Shown in pieces: positions 9,122 to 16,657 of a stretch of 19,288 nucleotides of DNA (position 1 is its first letter; each line of letters opens with the position of its first letter). The notes beneath the pieces are model-generated. The model did no database searches and was not told where the DNA came from. It saw only the letters and a program-made list of their open reading frames with translations. This stretch comes from Candidatus Hydrogenedentota bacterium (GTDB lineage Bacteria > Hydrogenedentota > Hydrogenedentia > Hydrogenedentales > GCA-2746185). The position numbers were made by a program, and so were the translations under genes. The stretch lies in NCBI GenBank assembly GCA_046583315.1, contig JAYGCN010000117.1, positions 1 through 19,288 on the forward strand, written 5' to 3'.

Positions 9122-10174
9122 GTGTCCGAATCCTCAAATAGACCCGCATCATTCCTGATTGTTCGTTTAGGAGCGATCGGTGATGTGTTGCGTGTGTGTC
9201 CCGCCGTGCAGCGACTTCGCCGGACCTACCCCGACGCGCGAATCGGCTGGGCCGTGGAGCATTGGGTCGCCCCGTTGGTGGAGGCCAATCCGAATGTGGA
9301 CGTGGTGCATGTTCTGGATCGACGCGAGTTGCGCAAGGGGAAGTTGGCGGCCATTCGTGAGTTTCGTCGGCACGTGAAGGAAATCCGCGCCGTGCGCTAC
9401 GATGTTGCCCTGGATTTTCACGGTCGCCTGAAGAGTGGCCTCATCACGCGGATGTCGGGTGCGCAGCGGCGTCTGGGATATCCCAAGGATCAGTGCACGG
9501 AGTTGAATCATTGGTTTACCAACGAGCATGTACGGCTTGAGGACGGACTGGAAAATCGCGTGCAACGGTTCTTGCATTTGTTGGGGCCGCTGGATGCCGA
9601 TACCACCTTCGATTATGACGAAGTCGGTCTTCCCTTAACCGATGATGCGCGCGCATATGGAATCAAGACCTACGAAGATTTGGGCAGTCCGCCGCTGGCG
9701 GTTTATGCGGGCACCAGTGCCCATCAGGCGGCGTATCATCGGTGGCCCGCGGAGAAATGGATCGAACTGCTGCATCGTCTGAACGATGAGGGCATCGCTT
9801 CGGTGGTGCTATGGGGACCCGATGAGCACGAATTCTCCGAACAGATTGTGAAGGCCGCAGGGGGACTGACGCAACTGGCCCCGCCTACCACGCTCTCCGA
9901 GATGATGGGTCTGTTGGGTCAGTTCAAGGCCTTCATCGGCGGCAATACGGCTTCTATGCACATGGCATGGCTTCAACAGGTACCGACGGCATTGTTTACC
10001 GGTCCAGCCCTGCCACGCACCGATTCACCCATGCCGCCGTTGCCGTGTCACGCGTTGAGAAAGGACTCACTCGTCCGTGACGGTGTGTCCAAACGTCACC
10101 AGAGCGATGTCACCAGTGCCGTATCTGTTGACGATGCGCATGCGGCCGTACACGATTTGCTACAATCCCGTTAA
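9122..10174 (+). CDS. Glycosyltransferase family 9 (ADP-heptose:LPS heptosyltransferase-like)
   Basis: FLIVRLGAIGDV, YPDARI.W, YDVALDFHG.LKS, RWP.EKW, WGP.E and L.EM..LL....AFIG. GTG 9122 with AAGAGAG upstream puts the GT9 N-terminal strand at the start. Confidence 0.9.
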   Translation: MSESSNRPASFLIVRLGAIGDVLRVCPAVQRLRRTYPDARIGWAVEHWVAPLVEANPNVDVVHVLDRRELRKGKLAAIREFRRHVKEIRAVRYDVALDFHGRLKSGLITRMSGAQRRLGYPKDQCTELNHWFTNEHVRLEDGLENRVQRFLHLLGPLDADTTFDYDEVGLPLTDDARAYGIKTYEDLGSPPLAVYAGTSAHQAAYHRWPAEKWIELLHRLNDEGIASVVLWGPDEHEFSEQIVKAAGGLTQLAPPTTLSEMMGLLGQFKAFIGGNTASMHMAWLQQVPTALFTGPALPRTDSPMPPLPCHALRKDSLVRDGVSKRHQSDVTSAVSVDDAHAAVHDLLQSR

Positions 10175-10177
10175 CTT

Positions 10178-10783
10178 TTGAAAGGAAATGCCTTGGAACT
10201 CTTTACCGATGGTCGTATTCCGGCTCTGCACGATGCGTGTCTTGCGAAATGGTATGCCGATGCACGACCCGAATCTCTGGAAGCGGGCGACACCCTCGAA
10301 TCCATTATCACCACTCAGCATTTTTGCAACGTGTCGCTGTGGGATCTCGAAGACGATGCGCGCCGCACGGACGTGGACGATCACATTATCGCGAAGGTGA
10401 AACGAGGCATCGACGGCTGGAATCAACGCCGCAACGATCTCGTGGAAATCGTGGATCAGTTTCTGCTTGACCAGTTCGACGGCATTGACGTGTCCAACGC
10501 GCAATTGAATTCGGAGACGGCGGGCATCATGGTGGATCGCATGTCCATTTTGTCGCTGAAGATTCACCACATGGGGATCTACGCCGAGACCAAACCTGAC
10601 GCGGCACTGCGCCAGGAATGTGCGGACAAACAGGCTATTCTCAAAATTCAGCGCGCCGATCTATTGAGCTGTGCCGAGGCCATCATAACGGACTTCCAGG
10701 CAGGCCGCCGCTATTTCAAGAGCTACAAACAGTTCAAAGCCTACAACGATCCACGCCTGAATCCAAAACTGGCTACCGATTAG
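10178..10783 (+). CDS. DUF4254 domain-containing protein
   Basis: LWDLEDDARR, KR.ID..NQRRNDLVE..D, NSET.G..VDR.SIL.LKI.HM and YKQFKAYNDP.LNP motifs. Starts 3 nt after the GT9 stop. Confidence 0.9.
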   Translation: MKGNALELFTDGRIPALHDACLAKWYADARPESLEAGDTLESIITTQHFCNVSLWDLEDDARRTDVDDHIIAKVKRGIDGWNQRRNDLVEIVDQFLLDQFDGIDVSNAQLNSETAGIMVDRMSILSLKIHHMGIYAETKPDAALRQECADKQAILKIQRADLLSCAEAIITDFQAGRRYFKSYKQFKAYNDPRLNPKLATD

Positions 10784-12111
10784 ACATCTTTGGGTACCTC
10801 GAAGCCCTTGCGGTATTCACGCGTGAGGTACGTGTTGGCTTCGTTGTCGTTTTTGACCAGCTCTTTATCAGTATCGATTTCCAGCACGCGGTTGACGCGG
10901 GCACCGGTGAGTGCGTAGTGCGACAGTGCTGACGAATAATGTCCGTCAATGGCTTTCGACGTGATGTTTTCCGCCTTGCGATCACGCACACAATCGGCGA
11001 AATTCTGGAAGTGATTGACCGTGGAGCCTTTGGAGTATTCTTCCGTGAGTTTGCCTTCGTAGTAGAGCTTGTAGCCGTTGTAATTCGGGAAGGACATGTA
11101 GCCTTTTTCGCCGTAGAAGATCACCCCGAATGAGGTGCCACCCAATTCGTCGTTCGAATACCAGGGGCGTACTTCCAGCGTCATCATTTTGTCTTTGCCG
11201 GTCTTTTCGTCCTTAAACATAAACGAGGATGAGGATACGTTGTAGACTTCCTTGGAGTCATCCCACAGGAACATGCCGCCCATGGATGTCGCGCGATAGG
11301 GAACGTCTACCTGGAGTCCCCAGCGTGCCGCGTCGAGCTGGTGCACACCTTGATTGCCGATGTCTCCGTTGCCGTATGCCCATTTCCAGTGCCAATAGTA
11401 GTGCACGTGGGTACCGCCGCCGTCTTCATTGGCGTAGTAGGACTCTTCGGTCGCCGGACCCTGCCACACATCCCAGTCCAGTTTCTTCGGCGGTGCGGTA
11501 GCATGTGCTTTTCCTACATCCGGGCGCCATTTATAACATACGCAGCGCGCCATGTAGACATCGCCGATGGCCCCGTCATGCAGTTTCTGGATGCCCTGCT
11601 GGAACCCGGGATTGCTTCGCAGTTGCGTGCCGTGTTGCACGATGCTTTTGTATTTCTTCGCGGCGGCCACCACTTGACGGCCTTCGAAAATGTTATGGGT
11701 CATCGGTTTTTCGACGTAGACATCTTTGCCCGCCTGGCAGGCCCAGATGGTCGCGAGGGAGTGCCAGTGGTTGGGTGTCGCGATGGAGATTACGTCGATG
11801 TCCTTATCATCCAATACGCGCCGAATGTCCTGTTCCGCCTTGGGAGTCTTTAGGTTCTTATCGGTGAAAAATTCTTTCGTGCGGGGAGCAAAAAGGCGTG
11901 CATCCGGATCGCAGATCGTCGTGACTTCGGCATCCTTCACTTCCCGGAAACAGTTAAAATGTGTTTTGCCGCGTCCGTTGATGCCCAGCACGGCAACATT
12001 GATGCGTTCATTGGCACCGGCCCAGGAGGTTTTTGACGTGCCGATAAGCACTGTCGCCGCCGCAGCACCCGCCGCGCCCTTAACAAATTTTCTACGCGTT
12101 ATTTCTTCCAT
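10780..12111 (-). CDS. Gfo/Idh/MocA family oxidoreductase with Tat signal
   Basis: TRRKFVK Tat motif, LGINGRG Rossmann motif, ATPNHWH, VYVEKP and GDIGNQGVHQLD. Its stop overlaps the DUF4254 stop (TTAG, 10780-10783). Confidence 0.93.
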   Translation of the reverse strand: MEEITRRKFVKGAAGAAAATVLIGTSKTSWAGANERINVAVLGINGRGKTHFNCFREVKDAEVTTICDPDARLFAPRTKEFFTDKNLKTPKAEQDIRRVLDDKDIDVISIATPNHWHSLATIWACQAGKDVYVEKPMTHNIFEGRQVVAAAKKYKSIVQHGTQLRSNPGFQQGIQKLHDGAIGDVYMARCVCYKWRPDVGKAHATAPPKKLDWDVWQGPATEESYYANEDGGGTHVHYYWHWKWAYGNGDIGNQGVHQLDAARWGLQVDVPYRATSMGGMFLWDDSKEVYNVSSSSFMFKDEKTGKDKMMTLEVRPWYSNDELGGTSFGVIFYGEKGYMSFPNYNGYKLYYEGKLTEEYSKGSTVNHFQNFADCVRDRKAENITSKAIDGHYSSALSHYALTGARVNRVLEIDTDKELVKNDNEANTYLTREYRKGFEVPKDV

Positions 12112-12179
12112 TGAACAAACCCCTGTTTTTGGTTAGGTGATAATTTGCAACGATCGCTTTTGTATCGGATCGATGCCCG

Positions 12180-12353
12180 CTACAAGCCCTTGATTTCCGA
12201 TGCCGTGGTGCTCATTCTGTTGGTGACGGCGCTAGCGAGGGCGATAATCGATACCAACAGTGCCGTCACGATTAATGTGGTCATGACAGCGTACTCAACG
12301 GTTTCCAAGCCTCGTTCATCGCGTGAAAAGTTTTTGAGTATTTCGATCAGCAT
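12180..12353 (-). CDS. flp: Flp family type IVb pilin (57 aa, absent from the ORF track)
   Basis: Manual translation: MLIEILKNFSRDERG|LETVEYAVMTTLIVTALLVSIIALASAVTNRMSTTASEIKGL*. Flp motif F.RDE.G|xxxxEY (G-1, E+5, Y+6) followed by a hydrophobic helix. Confidence 0.9.
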   Translation of the reverse strand: MLIEILKNFSRDERGLETVEYAVMTTLIVTALLVSIIALASAVTNRMSTTASEIKGL

Positions 12354-12542
12354 TGGACCATCCGCAATCTTGTGTCGTTAAAAGTATGCGACTCTCCGTA
12401 CACTACACCTCAAGAGTAACGTATATTCGCAAATAATCACACATTTTTCTTTGATTCGTCTCAACGGATCACCATTTGCGGGTATCATGTGGTTGCGATC
12501 GAATCCGCTATACTGGGTCGATACCTGAGCAAGGAGGCGTGG

Positions 12543-14744
12543 GTGGGACCGAAGGGCGACAACACCAAATTATTGGCGGGATTGAGTGCGGCGGGGGCGG
12601 CGTTGATGCTGCTGGCGTTTGGCTGGCCCCTGGTGCACGGCGAGATCTATCTGGAACATGATATTTCGGCAAATTTCGTGCCCTTGCGATACTTTTTTGC
12701 ACAGTGTCTGCAGCTCGGCGAAATCTATTTGTGGATACCGAACATTCATTCGGGTTTTTATCTTCACGGCGATGGGCAAAACGGGATGTCGCACCCTTTG
12801 CATTTGTTTCTCTATTCGAATTTTTCGTTTACGGCCGCGCTGGATCTGGAATTCATCCTGAGTTACCCCTTCATGTTCGCGGGAATGGCGCTGTTTCTGA
12901 AACGGCTGCAATTGCCGGCACCTTCCGTTCTGTTCGGGGCCATGTTGTTCACCTTCAGCGGCTATTGCATGTCGAGCTGGCTGTGGCTGGTGCACATCGC
13001 GGTGATTGCGCATACGCCGTGGACGCTGTGGGCGATTCATATCGTGATGCGATCCGAGAAACCGCGCGAGATCGTGCTGGCCTCGTTTGCCACCGTGCTT
13101 TTGACGGCTTCGTCGTTGCTCGTTGGGTATCCGCAGATGGTGTATGTGATGGGCATGGCGGAAGGGTTGTATGCGCTGAGCCTATTGCGCGGGTGCCGCA
13201 ACCGCTGGATGCTGGGTCTGTTGTTATCGGCCAAATGTTTTGGGTTGATGGCCGCAGCGATTCAACTCTTGCCGACGCTGGATTTGTTGCAACAGTCGAC
13301 TCGAAACGAGACCTCCGATGTCTTCCGCAACGATCAGTCTCTGCATCCGTTGAATCTGTTGTGTCTTGTGAATCCCTATCTGTTCCAGCAACGCATGTTT
13401 GACGGCAATGGCTATCAGGGAATTTACGGCGGATCGAGCGCGACACTGATGGTGACGTGGTTACTGTTTCGATTTCGCCAATTGGAAATCTCGCGCTGGT
13501 TGGTGGGTACGTGTGCTGTGATGGCCCTCGTCGGATTACTTCTGGCGCTCGGGAAATACGCGTACTTGTATACCTGGATTTCTTCCCTGCCGTTGATTAG
13601 CAGTTTTCGAGGTCCGCCGCGGCATGGCGCGATGTTTCACGTGGGCTGGGTCATGCTGGCGACCTTGGCATTTACCGAGTTGCTGAATCTGCGCCGAAGC
13701 GCGCGACAGGTGTCATGGCGCGAGCTGATGCCTTTGTTCGGGTTGAGCGCACTCAGTGTAGGACTGGCAATTTTTATCGTTGTGCTTCGAATCTTGCCGG
13801 AAGTGCCCGAGATTTTCGCCATCTTCGAGAGCGAATCGGCCCCGACACGCAATCCGGTAATGGGCGCGCTAATTATGACGATCACAACCTGTACCTTCGT
13901 CGCGGCCGCCCGCGGTTGGCGTTTTGGCATCATTGCGTTGTTGTTGATCACCATGGCCGATTTGAGTTGGTATGGGTTGCGGCATCGCACGACGGACACG
14001 CTGGACAATTTCATCGCCGGAATCGATGTGCCACCGGAGGAGGTCGCGGGCTACGAGCCGGACTGGTTGCCGATGTACTCGGTGAACGCGCCGCTGATGA
14101 AAGGGGACTACCGCACGCCCGAAGGACTGGTCTCGCTAACGCCGAAAAAGCATATCAACTACATGCTCGACCCCAACGCGCTGCGATTGGCGGGTGTCGG
14201 GTGGATACGGTCGCGCCTGGGTACAAACGAGTGGCTCAACGAAGCCAACACGCAAGGGTTAGAGTGGATTCCGCTGGAGAATCCCATGCCGCGCGCGCGA
14301 CTGGTTACGCGGACGCAGGTGAGTGACGATTTTGATCGCGATATCCATGCGGTTGATTTCGAACAGGTCGCATTGTTGGAGATTGCACTCGAATTGCCTG
14401 AAGGCAAACCCGGTAGCGCCACGATTTTGGATGAGGGGCCGGGGCGTTTTCGAGTTCGCACGGTCGCGGATACCGAGCAGCTACTGGTGCTGACGGAATC
14501 GTATTCAGCTGGCTGGCGGATTGAGAGTGACGGAAGTATCCTTGAGCCGCTTCCTGTCTACGGCGATTTTCTCGGTTGTGTGATAGAGGCCGGTACGCAT
14601 GAAATTGAAATCGTGTTTGTGCCGAAAAGCTACCGACTGGGCAGGCTTATCACCTGGTTCAATTTGCTAGCAGCATTGGCCGCGCATGGAGCCCTCTATT
14701 GGCTGCTCAACTCCCGCCATGCTGAAAAATCCACACCTGAATAA
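12543..14744 (+). CDS. YfhO-like polytopic membrane protein (GT-C-type glycosyltransferase candidate)
   Basis: GTG 12543 has a perfect AAGGAGG at 12531-12537 (preferred over 12489). HDI...F.P, LWIP....G, HPL, G...FTFSGY, GYPQ, AIQLLP, FRGPPR and the C-terminal LVLTESY..GW...G.H.I...F.P pattern. Confidence 0.85.
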   Translation: MGPKGDNTKLLAGLSAAGAALMLLAFGWPLVHGEIYLEHDISANFVPLRYFFAQCLQLGEIYLWIPNIHSGFYLHGDGQNGMSHPLHLFLYSNFSFTAALDLEFILSYPFMFAGMALFLKRLQLPAPSVLFGAMLFTFSGYCMSSWLWLVHIAVIAHTPWTLWAIHIVMRSEKPREIVLASFATVLLTASSLLVGYPQMVYVMGMAEGLYALSLLRGCRNRWMLGLLLSAKCFGLMAAAIQLLPTLDLLQQSTRNETSDVFRNDQSLHPLNLLCLVNPYLFQQRMFDGNGYQGIYGGSSATLMVTWLLFRFRQLEISRWLVGTCAVMALVGLLLALGKYAYLYTWISSLPLISSFRGPPRHGAMFHVGWVMLATLAFTELLNLRRSARQVSWRELMPLFGLSALSVGLAIFIVVLRILPEVPEIFAIFESESAPTRNPVMGALIMTITTCTFVAAARGWRFGIIALLLITMADLSWYGLRHRTTDTLDNFIAGIDVPPEEVAGYEPDWLPMYSVNAPLMKGDYRTPEGLVSLTPKKHINYMLDPNALRLAGVGWIRSRLGTNEWLNEANTQGLEWIPLENPMPRARLVTRTQVSDDFDRDIHAVDFEQVALLEIALELPEGKPGSATILDEGPGRFRVRTVADTEQLLVLTESYSAGWRIESDGSILEPLPVYGDFLGCVIEAGTHEIEIVFVPKSYRLGRLITWFNLLAALAAHGALYWLLNSRHAEKSTPE

Positions 14745-14826
14745 CGACCGGTTTATACTGACGATACAGGCGAACATCGAAAAATGGTTGAGGTCTGAAG
14801 TACTTCCACCATCGAATCGAATATTC

Positions 14827-14835
14827 TGGTATGAT
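14827..14835 (+). promoter_or_regulatory. Possible extended -10 element upstream of the small ORF
   Basis: TGGTATGAT fits TGnTAnnnT and lies in an AT-rich intergenic region. Confidence 0.35.
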
Positions 14836-14933
14836 AGTTGGAAGTTAGTACATAAATGTTCGGATGTTGTTGTCTGCGATCGGGGGATGGTGGAATGAGC
14901 AGAGAACGAGAAGCGAAACGGGTGTGACGTCGT

Positions 14934-15143
14934 GTGAACAAACGTAAGCCAATACGCGGAACCTTCGAGCCAGGGGAATATCGATACGTGTACCTGATGT
15001 TTCTGGCCGGGTACAAGGTTAAGCGCGCCGCATGGCCCTCCAACTACCAGACCATTTACAACGTGCGAAAAGATTCGGTATTGGGGTCATACGATCTGCT
15101 TGTCGCGCGCGATTGGGTGGTCGAAGGTAAGGCTGTCAGCTGA
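14934..15143 (+). CDS. Small DUF2829/Tad2-like protein (an upstream in-frame ATG at 14895 is cut off by a TGA)
   Basis: LAGYKVKRAAWP and DLLVARDWVVE resemble the DUF2829/Tad2 signatures G.KV.R..W and D.LA.DW..V. Fills an otherwise empty gap between convergent genes. Confidence 0.55.
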   Translation: MNKRKPIRGTFEPGEYRYVYLMFLAGYKVKRAAWPSNYQTIYNVRKDSVLGSYDLLVARDWVVEGKAVS

Positions 15144-15205
15144 AGTCGAGTGGGTGTGATCTTCACAGCCTAAAGTGCTCCACTGGAAAGTAGCGTTTTC
15201 CTTGT

Positions 15206-16657
15206 TCACACAGTCTGAAACGGATGACGTAATTTCTTCATCGCTGCTCTGGCCGCGTAGTATCCGCACATGCCGTGTACACCTCCGCCGGGCGGCGTTG
15301 ATGCTGAGCAGATATAGATTCGGGGATTGGGCGTGGTATAGGGATTCAATCGTGCAACAGGGCGGGTGAAAACCTGGGTCGCACTCGCGGCACCGCCGGC
15401 GATCACACCACCGAGGTAGTTGGGGTTGTATCGATGGAGATCGGTGGTGAAGGTTTTGTGACGCTCAAGAATGATATCGCTGAATCCCGGCGCAAAACGT
15501 TCGATCTGATTCTCTATCGCCTGGGTCTGGTCGACCGTTGATGCATGGGGCACGTGGCAGTACGCGTATCCCGTGTGTTTGTCATCCGGCGCACGACTTG
15601 GATCAAACTGGCTTTGCTGACACAGTATCAGGAACGGCGAATCGGTATGCGCGTCGCTCCATGCGGCGCGTTCGCTGGCGGCAATTTCTTCGAGCGTACC
15701 TCCCACATGCACTGTAGACGCTTCGAGACATTTCGGATCCGACCAGGGGATAGGACCGTCTAACGCCCAATCGAGCTTAAAAACGCCGGGGCCATAATGA
15801 TAGTTGCCGAGGCGGTTTACATAGCCGGCGGGAAGCTCGGAGTGAGCGATTTTCGCCATCTGCCTGGGATCGGTGTCGAAAAGGTATGCCCGTGCAGAGG
15901 GAAGTTGATCGAAGGAATCAATCATGGTTGAACATTTAGTAGTGCCACCCAAGGAGTGAAAATAGGATACAAGGGCCCTGGATATCGATTCCGAACCACC
16001 CTTGGCGACCGGCCAGTCCTCCATGTGTCCCGTTAATGCGAACAGCGTTCCTACCGCTGCTGTGAGTGGTTTTTCTAGGGGTAAAATGCTGTGTGCGGCA
16101 CACCCGGCGAACAACGCCTGTGCCCGGTGTCCAGCGAATTTGCCCTGCGCGAAACCGACCGCGGATCGCAATCCGGGCAACCCGAATCGGGCCAGCAAGA
16201 CGGGATGTTCGGGAATGCCGAAGGGCCCAAGAATATCGTTGAGAAGGCCACACCCATTCGAAAGCAACGGCTCCATAAACGCACGCCACGCACGCGCGTC
16301 TTGCATCAATGTTTCGCCCGTGGCATCCAGGCCTTTGTACAGCATCACCGCGGGTTCGTCGTCCAAGGGGTGCGCAACTGATGCCTTGGGCAATACCCAC
16401 TCAAGGCCGTGTTTTTCAAGCGGCAACTGCGTGAAATACGGCGACAATATGCCGAGCGGATGGACTGCAGAGCATACATCGTGGAGATAACCGGGCAGTG
16501 TGAGCTCGGCGCTGCGAAGTCCGCCGCCCGGTGTTTCGGAAGCCTCAAGTACACACACGCACGCGCCTTCGCGTGCCAATTCAATGGCGGCGGCTAATCC
16601 GTTCGGCCCGGATCCGATTACGACGGCATCGTATGATTCAGCCAAGGCTATCCACAA
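15206..16657 (-). CDS. NAD(P)/FAD-dependent oxidoreductase, phytoene dehydrogenase-like (start TTG 16657 or 16645)
   Basis: YDAVVIGSGPNGLAAA (GxGxxG), E....PGGG, HDVCSAVHP, GGS..I..AL, FKLDWAL and YICSASTPPGGGVHGMCG. Confidence 0.92.
   Translation of the reverse strand: MWIALAESYDAVVIGSGPNGLAAAIELAREGACVCVLEASETPGGGLRSAELTLPGYLHDVCSAVHPLGILSPYFTQLPLEKHGLEWVLPKASVAHPLDDEPAVMLYKGLDATGETLMQDARAWRAFMEPLLSNGCGLLNDILGPFGIPEHPVLLARFGLPGLRSAVGFAQGKFAGHRAQALFAGCAAHSILPLEKPLTAAVGTLFALTGHMEDWPVAKGGSESISRALVSYFHSLGGTTKCSTMIDSFDQLPSARAYLFDTDPRQMAKIAHSELPAGYVNRLGNYHYGPGVFKLDWALDGPIPWSDPKCLEASTVHVGGTLEEIAASERAAWSDAHTDSPFLILCQQSQFDPSRAPDDKHTGYAYCHVPHASTVDQTQAIENQIERFAPGFSDIILERHKTFTTDLHRYNPNYLGGVIAGGAASATQVFTRPVARLNPYTTPNPRIYICSASTPPGGGVHGMCGYYAARAAMKKLRHPFQTV

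Noticed and set aside
12145..12381. 78-aa plus-strand ORF
   Set aside because: It is the antisense shadow of the Flp pilin, which has a clear family motif.
14925..14927. Selenocysteine at the in-frame TGA
   Set aside because: The context is basic and non-redox, and I see no SECIS-like hairpin downstream.
15206..16657. Calling this gene crtI or a carotenoid cluster
   Set aside because: No crtB/crtE genes nearby, and the motifs fit the broader phytoene-dehydrogenase-like family.
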